Assembly: GCA_973895155.1 (NCBI GenBank)
Contig: OZ316893.1
Location: 24,975,520-25,039,519, forward strand
From: Marsupella aquatica
Lineage: Eukaryota > Plantae > Marchantiophyta
Reading direction: 5' to 3'
DNA length: 64,000 nucleotides
Each line of letters opens with the position of its first letter. The stretch's first letter is position 1. A model generated the notes under the pieces. That model searched no databases and was not told where the DNA came from. It was given only the letters and a program-made list of their open reading frames with translations. The position numbers and the translations under genes are program-made. Positions 13,801-25,423 of this stretch are shown here, one piece after another.

Positions 13801-14557
13801 TACACAATGGCTTCTGTTATCCGGCGAAGAGCCTTGACATGGCAGGTTTTATTCATACTCAAAGCGTAATTTTGGTCACCCCTGGGTGACCCATTTTGGC
13901 GAGAAATGAGAATAGCATTCAAATCCGTGGGAGTAGTTTAATGGATTTAATGCCACGGGACCAACAAGGTACAAAGCTTTCCCGACGATCAGACCATGAT
14001 TGCAAGGCCAGTAAAGGAATAGGAGACTAAGCAGCAAGAAGATCAAACATCCTACCTCGCACTAGGTATCCAATGCAGTGTCCAGTAGATTTCTCATCAG
14101 ATTTCGCAAGAAATGGTTAAAGCGACGAAACTCCGTGATCTGAACTAGGGTTCCAGTGTAACGACCCATGGATTCTCATCCAATTGAGCAAGAAATGCGG
14201 ACCGTGATCGAACTCCTTGATCTGAACTACGTGTCTGACGTAGCGACCATCAATTTCAATCTAATTGCAAAAATAAATTCGGACAGTGATCAAACTCCCA
14301 GATCCGACCTAACGTTCGTTCGTTCCTTCTGATTGACCAACAAATTCGTACAGGGCTCTGCAGTGAATGTCTGAATCGGTAACCAAACCGTGATCGGAGA
14401 GAGGGAGGAGTGGAGTTCAGGCAGGGACTCACATGCTAGTACCTTCCTCCTCCACGAGAGCGCTTGTGCGGGACACAGAGAGAAGCAGAACAAGAAGAGG
14501 AAGACGCAAGAACACGAATTGAAGCGAGCAACAGGGCCCGGAAGAAATCACCGCCAT
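10804..14557 (-). CDS. SPRING1: SPRING1/C12orf49 (UPF0454/DUF2054)-like secretory-pathway Cys-rich protein with a C-terminal MGAT5-like Cys module; 11 exons
   Basis: Exons on the minus strand: 14557-14433, 13525-13443, 13278-13203, 12958-12886, 12787-12736, 12435-12374, 12009-11946, 11607-11550, 11437-11351, 11197-11104, 10920-10804; all GT-AG and in frame. The protein has an N-terminal hydrophobic signal/anchor, then CNTTVQGRHLRSDNRGYIC...GCC...YSCRGCKMDSRCCNGFEFCVSCCLDP...FDYCRGRCRHNSDSVVHENAY...HHCF (SPRING signature), then GQSCETAC...FSCEGFHPYSRRLCPC. Confidence 0.85.
14090..14310. repeat. Degenerate ~85-bp tandem repeat (3 copies) in intron 1 of the SPRING1-like gene
   Basis: Recurring TTCTCATC..ATT..GCAAGAAATG...AACTCC.TGATCTGAACTA motif. 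Boundaries are approximate. Confidence 0.65.
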
Positions 14558-16482
14558 CTTCACTGCTCCCTTGACTGGTTGATTGCTTCCTTGCTTGCTT
14601 GTCGACCAGATCTGGTTTGGTCTGCTGTGGGAGGTGAGCATTAGCAATCACGACATTCTGATGAATTGAACAGACAGAATGAGAGGCAGAGGAATAGTGA
14701 TAGCATAATGAGTGTTACAACGAAAATAGTGTGACACTGTAAAAGCATGTAAACACCGTGAAGTAATAGTAATGCTGAGATTCACTACAGGTCATTGACG
14801 CTCTTTGTTGTCAGATTATTACAATCTTTACCTTAGTCAGCATTACCCAAAACAAAAGTCTGGATGGGCCAAGACATTGTCCCTGCCCATCCCCATGGCC
14901 TGCATAAAGCAATTGTTAACTTTACACCGGAAAGAAAAGGAACCGGTTCTGCATCGCAGCTGATGACTTTGATTGCCTTGGGGAGAAAGTAGTCAAGACA
15001 ACATGGTGATCCTGAGTAATGGCATGATTTCTTTCAGGTTGAAGGTAGTAACGTAGTCAAGTTACCGAGTAAACTGGTTTGGTAATGTAATTGAAACCGA
15101 CCACAGACGATAAGCAGACCACATATAGGTCATATTTCAGTAAAACATATAAACAATGTTATCTAAGTCATTTAAATGTTCTAAGCAAGTCCATCCAAGC
15201 TTTGCCGGCCCATATGGGCTTCATAGACAAAGTGGAGGTCTATCCAAGCTTGTTTCCAGTGTTACTTAGGAAATCTAATTCATAACGCACAATCACGAGT
15301 TGCTCCTTCTTCCTACTTATAGATTGAAGTCTCATACTATGACTCTCGGTGAGGGCATAACTAAAAGTGAGCGCACAGAAAAAAACAAGGATGGGGCAAG
15401 ATGAACAAAGATGGGGGCAAAGATACTTTACTACTTTAACATTGGTCAGATTATTACACTGTATACCCTAGTCAGTGTTACTAGGGAGTAAGAGTAACAC
15501 TGAGATACAGTACATACATTGTCAGTCTCTTTTGTCAGATTACATTCTTTGCCAATCTTCTTTTGGTCAGATTATTTTACCTTTTTAGGGAAAAGTGAGT
15601 AACAGTAATACTGAGATTGACTAAAGTACCTTGCCACTCATTTTTGCCATATTATAAACTTTGCCACTCTTTTCTTGGCAGATTATAACACTGTTTTAGA
15701 GCAGGTAGTGTTACTACAGAAATAGTGTGACACTGTAAATAGTGCAAGTAACAGTACCATGAGCACAGAGAAGTTTTAAAGATCAAATAACAATAATTAT
15801 GGAACATAGTGAGACAACACTGATTCCTGTGAAAACACAAATGATGAGCTTTCATAAATGTAATTGTTTAGTTATGCTATTACAGTCTCTGTCTATCTAC
15901 TGTCCAAAAATGCATGTTTTCCCTACCATTTTGTTTACACCTGACTATTGATACCAAAATTGGTTTCATGCAACATTGGAGGTGTCAACAGTCCCCCTGC
16001 AAATAATTTGAGCTAATGTCCACTGGGAACACTAATTTAATCACTCTCAATTGTTGAGGATACGGAGATAATGTTAGTAAGACTATTTTCATGGGATTCA
16101 AATTTTTTTGAGCTACACTTTTACCATTTGTAACACTAACTATGGTGACAAGGGTAAGCTACCATATTTCTTTCTCCAAATAGATGCTTTACCATCTTTT
16201 CTTGCCATGTGTTCGACAAACTAACTCGTATTAGCTTAGAGTGATATGTAGGTGGTCACCTTGCACCTTTCATGAATTGGATGGTTGAAACTCTCTTTCA
16301 CTCTGATGGAATATCCCGCTATTGCCCTCCAAACTTTGGGGTGAGTCTATGGGGTCTCGGTAACTGCACATCAAAATATGTGTACGACACCCCTGCATAC
16401 CATGATAATCCTAGTTGTTTTCTTTCGATCAATGAATGCAGCCACATTTTGATGTGTGATTACCAGCAGGGGAGTCTATGCA

Positions 16483-16664
16483 GTCATCCTGTCCCAACCA
16501 TCCTGCTCCTCGTCACCTTTGATTTATGAGAGAGAGAGACCCAAACCCAAGTTGGAGGGTGGCAAGGGGTGTGCAAGTTGTCATCCTGTCCCAACCATCC
16601 TGCTCCTCGTCACCTTTGATTTATGAGAGAGAGAGACCCAAACCCAAGTTGGAGGGTGGCAAGG
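16483..16664. repeat. Near-perfect tandem duplication, period 97 bp, containing (GA)n
   Basis: GTCATCCTGTCCCAACCATCCTGCTCCTCGTCACCTTTGATTTATGAGAGAGAGAGACCCAAACCCAAGTTGGAGGGTGGCAAGG occurs at 16483 and 16580. Confidence 0.95.
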
Positions 16665-17681
16665 AGTGCGAAAGTTGTTATCAAGGGAGTTTCAGCCATC
16701 AGGATAAATCCGGCCACTGTTGGGTAGTTTGAACTCTGCTTGCTTACTTTGGTTACCCATGCGTATTATTGATGACAAAGTATGAACTAAACTGAAAAGA
16801 TTGGCAAAGTGTAGTTTTTGATAGAAAAGTATGATAGCCCAGTAAATGAGTATGACATGGGCCCAACGGGTTGTCCTGACAAAGATGACATGTCAACATG
16901 CATTTGGCCAGTAATAGAAGGTTTTCAGTGGATCTGTCCATGAAGTGATGGCGTGAGGTTCCTTTGGTGAATATGGTTACCATGGTTATAGTGTATAATC
17001 TTACACTTCCATATGGTGATACTTACACTTCCATGTTGTGACACTACAAGATTTTGGGAGGGGAAGAAAATCAGAGAAAGGAAAACAATGGCATTGAGGG
17101 TGCGCAGGCAGTGGGTGTTCTCCCATGAAATACCTTAGGTGATACCAACATGGCCACAATGACAACTGTCCAATGTCAGCAGACTGGGATTCAAACGCAC
17201 AGATTCACAAGTGGAACTTGCCCCAAAAGATATCATAACTCCTTGCCGGCATGCACCACAATGCTATGTGACATTGAGGTATCATTTGTCAACAAATCCA
17301 AAATCTAGATCCCAGCTGTTCCATTGTGGGGATGCTGCCTATCCACTGATTAACTTCCACTTCATGACACATGGGACCACTACCTCTGCAGATTTCTTGG
17401 ATCCATCTTACTGCCATCTCACACAGACGATCTACTTCCTCTAGGCATCACATAATGGCTATTAGGTTGATGAATTTCACATGGGAGTCTTCATCAACAA
17501 GAACGAGGGGGCCAGTGATCAATTACCCTGTGTTTTAATAAACCCCTAGAGAACTGTCCAATGCTAATGACCAATTTAGCGTGACCCGCTTGACAGGCCA
17601 ATCATGTCATTCTAACTCTCCTTCACGATAATATACATATCACACCTACGAGGTGGATTTAAGAATGTTTTTTGGTGCTCG

Positions 17682-20600
17682 CTAACCAACATCAATGGTT
17701 TTGTTTAGAAGCCTATCTATATCAGGAGTCAGCACAACCCGTTGATTGATATTCCCAAGGAAAAGACAATGCTTGGCGACTGGATTAACAGCAGCCAACT
17801 CCTGAGCAAAAACACAATTCGTTCCTGGCATTGCCTACAGCATTTAAATCAGAGAAAGGTATCAGTATTTCAAAATCCAAAAACAGCACCACCAGCCCAT
17901 CCATACGTTCTCAGCTTAGCATATTGTTCCTTTGCAATTCATATTTCTATTTAGCAAAATGCTAGTTCGAGCGATTTGCATTCCAGCCTATAATGCATCC
18001 AACTGACATTCAAAAGAGACGATTCTCGCATGCCCATCTATGACTCTGAGATTTCTAATTTTCAGAGTAAACCCACTTACATCCAAAATGACATCACCCA
18101 GCCTCAATTTGACTGCTCCACTTTCATATATTAACAGCTTGCCAAGAAAACCTTCAGGCAGCATGTCCAAACTGATAAGACCCCCAGGACGCTTGCTCAG
18201 TTCCGTGCCGCCATTTTCTCCCTCAGTTTCAGGCAGCATGTCAACTGGGAGTGCAGAGGGCAGTTGGAAAAACATGAACTTGTCTTCTGCACTTTCCTCC
18301 TGCCAAGCCGAAACACACTATGATATTTGATCATACAAAGCCTTGTCCCGCAATACGATTTCTAATGCTTCATGGGTGTTTCCATGGCCCATAAGCCCAG
18401 CTGTAACAGCCATAAAATTGCCACAAGCAGAGAGCAGGCGCCCAAATCAAAATTGCGGCCATTTTGATTTAATAATCATACAGATCACAGCACGCCACAT
18501 CGTTCGCAAATGTGCTCATTACTAGGGGCTGACTTTTGACTGGAACCCCATAAACATCCCGTACAGTAAACATGCAGTTTTTGGCTATGGGCATACTCTT
18601 CCCTAAGATCTCATGTCAGCCGACGGGAATACTCTACAGCTCTCGAGGAAATCTCCTCCTGCCGCATGTCCCACTTCGTAGGAATTAAATAAACGATAGA
18701 GAACATTATACATCCAAATGGAGAGAAACACTCACGAGAAGCCCAAGCTCTTGTGCAGGAGGAATTGCATCTTCATCGTATTCGTGGTCCTCTCCAAACT
18801 CCTCTTCATCCAACAATTCTACGAGAAGCAAATGGAACGATCAGACGAAGACCTTCGCTGGTTCTAATTAATTGGACGTCAGGTTATCATTTGCATAAGA
18901 AAACCGTTAGAGTTAAGTAAACACAGCCATGGAATCTATGTTTTCGGTGGCTGGCAATGGTAGGTGCTGACTATCTACGACGCTGCAAACGAAGTTCTAG
19001 ATCCTGCCACAAATTAAAACACCACAGCAGAACGAAACAATCGACACCAGGAGCTGGCTTCGACAATTGCCATTAAATTGACATTAAAGATCGTCCACTG
19101 TAAAAGATGTAAATAACACCAACAACAAGACCAGTTCAGCATCAAGCTGGCCTGCACATTGGACTACGTGGGCCCACCTGCTGTGCCAGACATTGGTTTT
19201 CTGAGAGGAAGTGTCACTGGATAATACTTTGTGTAGTCCTGTAAAATAGATTCAAAAGCATCGTCAAATGATTAGATCACTGCACAGATAGCAACATTGA
19301 CGGGGTTCATTCCACAAAATAAATTTCTTAAGATGTGAAATCAATTGTTGTACTGCAGTTATTCCAGGAGCTCTCTTACCAGAGGGTCTTGTGCAAGTTT
19401 CTTTTTGGTGGATTTGGGTTGGACATAGGGTTCATTATCTGCAAGAAGGTGCAGAAAGTCAGGCAGTGGACGTATCTACTTATTATTCTTCTCATGTACT
19501 CAAGACAACTAGAAATGTTCGACATTTGTAAGCCAGAAATGAAGTTGTAAAGCGACCAAGAGAGAAATTACCTTCTATGACGAATTTGGAATTTCTTCTA
19601 CTAGATACTCCACCTCCACCACTACCCCCACCCCCACCCCCACCCCCTCCACCACCCCCACCACCCCCACCACCCCCACCCCCTCCTCCACCACCTCCAC
19701 CAGACCATCCACCACCTCCTGCACCGCCCCCTCCTCCTCCACCTCCTCCTCCTCCCCCTGCTCTGGCATTGGCAAAGCCAAGAGACCCAGCAGCAGCTCG
19801 TCCAGCAGTAGTTGACCCATATCCAAACGCTACTCGAACGGCGGCTGTGGCATTCCATGCATTCGGATATCTTATTGGTCAGTGAACAAACAAGTTGCAG
19901 AAAAAACATGTGACGCCTAAAGACGAGAATTCTGAGAGGACTACAGGTTGGAATCTTGAGGGAATGCAGAAATAATGAAATAATTACTTCCACTAGTGCA
20001 TGACAGTCGTGAGCAAACCTTTATTGTCTTGCCGCCGTCGAAACCCAGCTGCATCCTCCTGTGATTGCTGCAGCCAGAAAATCATTCCAGAGGCCTTGTT
20101 TAGAGTAACGAACCAGTGGCAAGCGAAATGATCTACATCTGTATACGTAAGCAACAAATTTGCTTCGATTCAAAAAGTGGCTAGGGTTTAGTTAGGGTTT
20201 AGTCCTTCCAAGCTTAAGACCACACCACCTTGAAGGGAAGCCAGGGATCCCCCAAAAACAATTGCACAAACCCTTTTGAAAGACGCGTACATTCTTGTCA
20301 CTATCGTTGCACTCTAGATAAATTGATGTTCAATCAGCCATTCCCAATAGCAGTGGGACGAGAAGTATGGCCTTCAATACCTTGATCAGCCTCTGCAACT
20401 CATCCGGAAGCTCTCCATTATCTCCATCACCCTGCTCCCTAAATTTGGAGAAATGATAGTTGTTACGGAGGCAATTAAGGTGGGCAATCAATCACTTGAT
20501 CGATTAATTCAAAGTGCAGGTGGAAAGTAAGCAGGCAGTACCTCTTGACTGCAGATAGCTTCTTCAGACGCCGGGATGGTACTTTAGGCTCAAATTTCGT

Positions 20601-20865
20601 CTGCAACCACGCAATCACAGTAAATAATGGGCTGCTGCAGTTCATCCCCACATTCCCAGAACAGCAAGGTGGACATGGGAGTCATGAATTTACCAACCTT
20701 CCTTACTCCTCCATGAGTGAACGCTTCGGCCGGTAAAATGTTGGCATCACCGTCACCTGTTGCTTTCACTTTGCTCTCTGTTCCTTTCTCTTTCGATGAT
20801 TTGTCACCTCTTGAGGCTTCCGACATGTTTCTACCTTCCTCCTGCACGAATTTCTCGTCCTTCAT
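17682..20865 (-). CDS. RPC4: DNA-directed RNA polymerase III subunit RPC4 (C53); 10 exons
   Basis: Exons on the minus strand: 20865-20707, 20600-20542, 20438-20381, 20067-20019, 19844-19572, 19438-19380, 19238-19178, 18818-18736, 18299-18081, 17834-17682. Motifs: KFEPKVPSRR, VAFGYG, DYTKYYPVTLPLRKP, ELLDEEEFGE, FFQLPSALP, LPEGFLGKLLIYESGAVKLRLGDVILD, PGTNCVFAQELAAVN...RVVLTPDIDRLL. The start may be the ATG at 20826. Confidence 0.92.
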
Positions 20866-22112
20866 CAATTGCACCAAAATTCCCCCGAGCTAACAAGCGC
20901 AGGACTCGTCTGCAGAGAGGAAATCTAGATTGAATGGGAGTCCGGGGCAGAGACTGAGCCAATCTTTCAAAGCTCAGAGCTCAGGCAACGAAAGGTTTTG
21001 GTGTGAGCAATGCCCGTGCGTGACCAAATGCACCAATTGAGAAGCAGCTCAGTAGGAATTTGTAACAAGTCCAGACGGAAATCCAATTCTGTCCCTTGCA
21101 AGGCTTCGGCAAAGGAACAGAGAGTGTGACACAAAAGAGCACGGGAGGGGGAGAAGGGTCACAGTGCGATTGGGGCCCTGGGGCAGGGCCAGGGGCAGGG
21201 GCGAGGTTTTGTACCGGGTTCCATCAGACCCCCTGTGCCCCCCTCACCCCTCCAGCAGCCCTACTTAGGGGTACAATAATATTTTATTTATTGGAGAGAT
21301 ATACTTGATGTTCCCCCAAAATGAAAAATGTCACTTATGGACCCCTAAGGTTTCTGGTATATTCTGAGCCCATTTTATGTTTAGGGTCCCTAAACCGAGA
21401 ACAAACATCCATAGTCATGTGCTAGGATGAATGATGGCATAAATCATTTCTCTAGGTTTACAAATTTAAAGTCAAACCCATATCAAGATTGATAAATAGG
21501 TGTTTTACATAAAATTGATATGCATTGTAACTTTTTTTTCTTTCTTGTCCACAAGCCTTGGGAGGATTAGGAAACCCCTATGGCACTAACAATGATGATG
21601 TTGATGGGTAAAAAACTCAAGGGTGGAAGGGAGAGCCATCACACCATTGGTAAGGAACTTAGAGTATCCCCACCGGTGCTCGCCATCGGGCTGCAGGCTG
21701 GCATATCGCAGATTATACAGGGTTAAGGCATTTTATTGGGTTGCACTAGTGTTCCGTATCGCGAAAATTTATACAGGTGTTTGCGTCCAGCAATTTCCCG
21801 ACCGGAATACTTGGCCCTTTTCCAGGTCCGCATTCCCCTTTTGCCAATGTTGCCAAACATCATCTACGCTCCAGCCCGTGCCACATGTTGACATCCCAGG
21901 CACCCTGCAGCGTTCCCTCACTTTTTTCTGAAATTGGCGCCAGTGTCTGCATTCGAAGGCAGAGCTCTGCCAAAGCTTGTCGAGTGTGCTCTGCCAGCCT
22001 TGTCGAGTGCACAGTGCAGCACACATTTTTCTGCGCACCTATTGTGGTCCCGACTCCCGAATTTTAACGTACAGCACAGTGATTGACAGTGCCTTGTGTG
22101 TGATCTGACGAC

Positions 22113-23060
22113 ATGGCCCAACGAGGGAAGAATTTTAGTCCAGCAGAACTGAAGCAACTTTGCTACTCGTACCTAGAGATTTCACAAGACCTGTGTGTTG
22201 GGTCTGGGCAAAAGAGGGAGAATTTTTGGGAACGTGTCGGGGAGCACTACAATAGAAATAAGCCAAAAGGACTTGAGAGTAGACCAGCAAAATCGCTTGA
22301 GAGCAAGTGGGGCGATATTCGGAAGGCCACAACTCGTTTTATTGGATGCTATAAATCAGTCAAGGATCTTGACATTTCTGGTACCAATAGCGATGACACA
22401 TTGAATAAGGCAAAAGAGTTGTACAAGACTCGACATTCAAAGGGGAAAGATTTTTCGTTTCCAGTGTGCTACGACATTCTCAAGGACTGCCCAAGGTGGA
22501 TGCTGCCAGAAGACCAGATGTCCAAGGGAAATGGCAAACGGAAGCAGCCAGTGGGGACACCATGTAGGGAGCAAGGAGATCAGGAGTACACCCGCTTGTC
22601 AGACGAGGGGCCAAACAATCTTCAGTCCGAAGCAGAAAAGGACCCAAATGAGCAGGATAGTTCTCAAGGAAATTCAAGCAAGAGACCGCTTGGAACCAAG
22701 CTAGCAAAGGAGAATGCAAAGAAACTAAAAGCTCATGAAGATGCTTTCAAGATGGCTGCCCAAGCTCAAAAGGTGATGGCTGAAACAGGAGTGCAACGTT
22801 TGAGAGTTTTGGAAAGCCAAACATTCATGAATATACTTACCTTGCCTACAGCGCACCTCGACAGTGACACATTGGACTTTTTGAGAGTTTGGAAAAGTAA
22901 TGAAATGGCCAAGTTGATGGACAGGATCTCAACTGGGAGCCCTCCAGTACACTCCCCTTTCCCACCCAGGGCATCCAGGACTTCGCTTCCAAGTCCACTG
23001 CCTAGTGATGAAGAGTCTTCATCGGCAGATGAAATTGATCGAGCATTCCCCCCCCAGTAG
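22113..23060 (+). CDS. Harbinger-associated Myb/SANT-like DNA-binding protein (315 aa; NAM-associated-like C-terminal part)
   Basis: RGKNFSPAELKQLCYSYLEISQDLCVGSGQKRENFWERV...RPAKSLESKWGDI...SGTNSDD...FSFPVCYDILKDCPRW...KRPLGTKLAKE, typical of PIF/Harbinger ORF1. Located inside the TIRs. Confidence 0.88.
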   Translation: MAQRGKNFSPAELKQLCYSYLEISQDLCVGSGQKRENFWERVGEHYNRNKPKGLESRPAKSLESKWGDIRKATTRFIGCYKSVKDLDISGTNSDDTLNKAKELYKTRHSKGKDFSFPVCYDILKDCPRWMLPEDQMSKGNGKRKQPVGTPCREQGDQEYTRLSDEGPNNLQSEAEKDPNEQDSSQGNSSKRPLGTKLAKENAKKLKAHEDAFKMAAQAQKVMAETGVQRLRVLESQTFMNILTLPTAHLDSDTLDFLRVWKSNEMAKLMDRISTGSPPVHSPFPPRASRTSLPSPLPSDEESSSADEIDRAFPPQ

Positions 23061-24139
23061 TCAATTAAAATTCTTAGAATTTTTTTCATGTTTCGCTTTA
23101 TATGCGTATATGTACTCAATTCTAAATTGAAGTTTTTTGGACCACTACTGGTAAATTGTGACTCAATTATGCTCTGCAATTAATTTGTGAAGCGTGCATG
23201 CCCCAATTGTCACATGTACAAGCTCATAAGATTGTGTGCCCCATTGTCAGGCAATTCAGTATGGCCTTGTCTCCCACGGTACAGACCTGAGAGCTCCACT
23301 GTACAGACCTTTAGAGCTCCCACGGTACAGACATGTGAGCTTCTCGGTACAGGTCTGACATCTTCTCGGTCTTGTCACCAGGCTGGGGCAAGTTTCGTGT
23401 TCTTTTATTGTGCACACCAGGGTTTCCAACAGCTTGTGTTTTTGTGTGCAAGCAGGTTTGAGAAGCTTGCGTTTTTTGGCCTATCTTGCTTGTATTTTCT
23501 TGCCTGGGGAAAGCCTGCTGAAATTTCGCCTTCACAAATCTGTAATATCTGGAGAAAGGAATTGCCCAAAGCTCCTTATTTCAGGTTCAATTAGGTGTTG
23601 GGAGGTCGTGGTATTGGTGTGCGCAGGGGCTGAGGAAGCTATTCGACCTGAAAGTACCGGCCCTCATCAAGTATGTCAACTTCGAGCTCGGAAAGCTCCA
23701 TTGCTCGTTCACAGCCAGTGCCATCCATTGTGAGGCCCATGCATAGTAAAACTCCCATTGCAAAGGAGAAGGCCCCACAGCAACCGAGACAAAAGACTAT
23801 TGTCGTTCACTATCATGTGCTGAATGAGTGGGCTTCAAATTCGTATGAGCGAGCCCTCCTTCGCAGCCTACAGGAGTCAGATGACAATGAGGAAGAAGAT
23901 CAATTTGACACTTGAACGGTTGTCGGTTGGTATCGGTCTTTGCACATCATTTTCGTGCACTGCCATTGACGTCAATGTTGAAGATATTGTCTTACAGTAC
24001 GTAGAGAGAAAGTTCTACAAAGTTGAATTTTGTATAGCACACAACTTTGCCAAAGTTCTACAAAGCTGACTTTTGTATACCACACAGCTGAATAAAAAGT
24101 TTTATTGTTCATGTATTTTCGTACAATGCTTCTAGGCAA

Positions 24140-25423
24140 CTACTCTTCCAATCGGATGTCACCCTTCTGTTTCCACAAATGTTCAATTAAATCATTTCTG
24201 AGGGTGTTCCAACTGGTTGAATTCTCTAGCTCTCTTGTGGCAACTAGGTAGTCTCTCCAGGGCATTCGCCCTCTCTGAACAGCCAGCAAAGGACCTGCCT
24301 CTACCCAAAAATCTTCATGCTCCTCCCCTCTCTCATCCTTGATAATCATGTTGTGAAGGACAATGCAAGCCATCAAAATTGTATGCACCCTATCTAGATG
24401 CCAAGCTCTTGCTGGCTGCTTCGCAATTCCCCATCTCGCTTGAAGAACTCCAAAGGCTCTTTCAACATCTTTTCTGGCAACCTCTTGGCACTTGGCAAAA
24501 AAACATTTCTTTTGTGTCTGGGGCTTGTGAAAAGTTGTCACAAAACATGACCACTTGGGGTAAATTCCATCCACCAAGAGGTAAGCTCTCTTGTACTCTG
24601 TGCCATTGATGGTGTAGTTCAGTTGGTCATAGTGCTGGTGCAACATGTCATTCACCAGAGGAGATCTGTCCAAGACATTCAAGTCATTGTTACCGCCAGG
24701 CAAGCCAAAGAAGGCATGCCAAATCCAAAGCTCCTGATCTGCAATTGCCTCAAGGACTATTGATTTGTTCCCATCTTTGTCTGTGAATTGCCCTTGCCAA
24801 GCCACAGGGCAATTTTTCCACTCATAGTGCATGCAGTCTAACGAAGCAAACATTCCTGGGAACCCTCTACTTTCATTCACAACCAACAATCTCAGGAAGT
24901 CACTCTTGTCTGGTTTCCTCAAGTATTTTTCCTCATACAATTGTCGAATTGCCAGGCAGAATCTGTACAATGACTTCCTAGCTGTGGACTCTCCAAGTCT
25001 ACAGTCTGTAGCATCCGCCCCAATGCCAAAAGCCAATTGTCGAAGCGCAGCTATGATTTTCTGAAGACCAGATAACCCCATTTTGTTTGCAGCATCTCGC
25101 CTCTGTTGGAAGAAGCTATCATGTGCACAAACTGCTACGTGAATTTTGTGAAACAATCTTCTCGTCATCCTAAACCTACGTCGAAAATCTCTGTTGTCAT
25201 ACGTACAATTCTCTGCAAAGTAATCATCCCAAATTACTTGATGTCCCCGCTCTCTCTTTCGATCTTTATTGGGCCTCTTCCCAGGCACTAATCCCCCACC
25301 TCGTTTGCGTTGTTTCTGCTCAAATGTACCGAGCCCTTGGAGAGACAAGGGGCCAGCGAGTGTAGCCCTCTCCCAGAAATCTTGCTCCTCCTCCATTGAA
25401 TTAAGCTCATCTTCAATCTCCAT
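24140..25423 (-). CDS. PIF/Harbinger DDE transposase (HARBI1/Plant_tran-like, 427 aa), intronless and uninterrupted
   Basis: DYF...FRRRFRM..LF; RGFPGMFASLDCMHYEWKNCPVAWQG; LEAIAD..LWIWHAFFGLPGGNNDLNVLDRSP; YLLVDGIYPKW; QE.ARKDVERAFGVLQARW; IL.ACIVLHNMII.DER. The D-D-E triad is present. Confidence 0.95.
   Translation of the reverse strand: MEIEDELNSMEEEQDFWERATLAGPLSLQGLGTFEQKQRKRGGGLVPGKRPNKDRKRERGHQVIWDDYFAENCTYDNRDFRRRFRMTRRLFHKIHVAVCAHDSFFQQRRDAANKMGLSGLQKIIAALRQLAFGIGADATDCRLGESTARKSLYRFCLAIRQLYEEKYLRKPDKSDFLRLLVVNESRGFPGMFASLDCMHYEWKNCPVAWQGQFTDKDGNKSIVLEAIADQELWIWHAFFGLPGGNNDLNVLDRSPLVNDMLHQHYDQLNYTINGTEYKRAYLLVDGIYPKWSCFVTTFHKPQTQKKCFFAKCQEVARKDVERAFGVLQARWGIAKQPARAWHLDRVHTILMACIVLHNMIIKDERGEEHEDFWVEAGPLLAVQRGRMPWRDYLVATRELENSTSWNTLRNDLIEHLWKQKGDIRLEE

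Noticed and set aside
15949-17147. TGGTATCA PBS-like motifs (minus strand, 15949-15956 and 17140-17147) suggesting an LTR retrotransposon
   Set aside because: Only an 8-nt match, with no paired LTRs or recognisable gag/pol motifs. At most an unclassifiable relic.
19577-19885. Poly-proline (extensin-like) ORF on the + strand
   Set aside because: It is the antisense mirror of the poly-Gly exon of RPC4.
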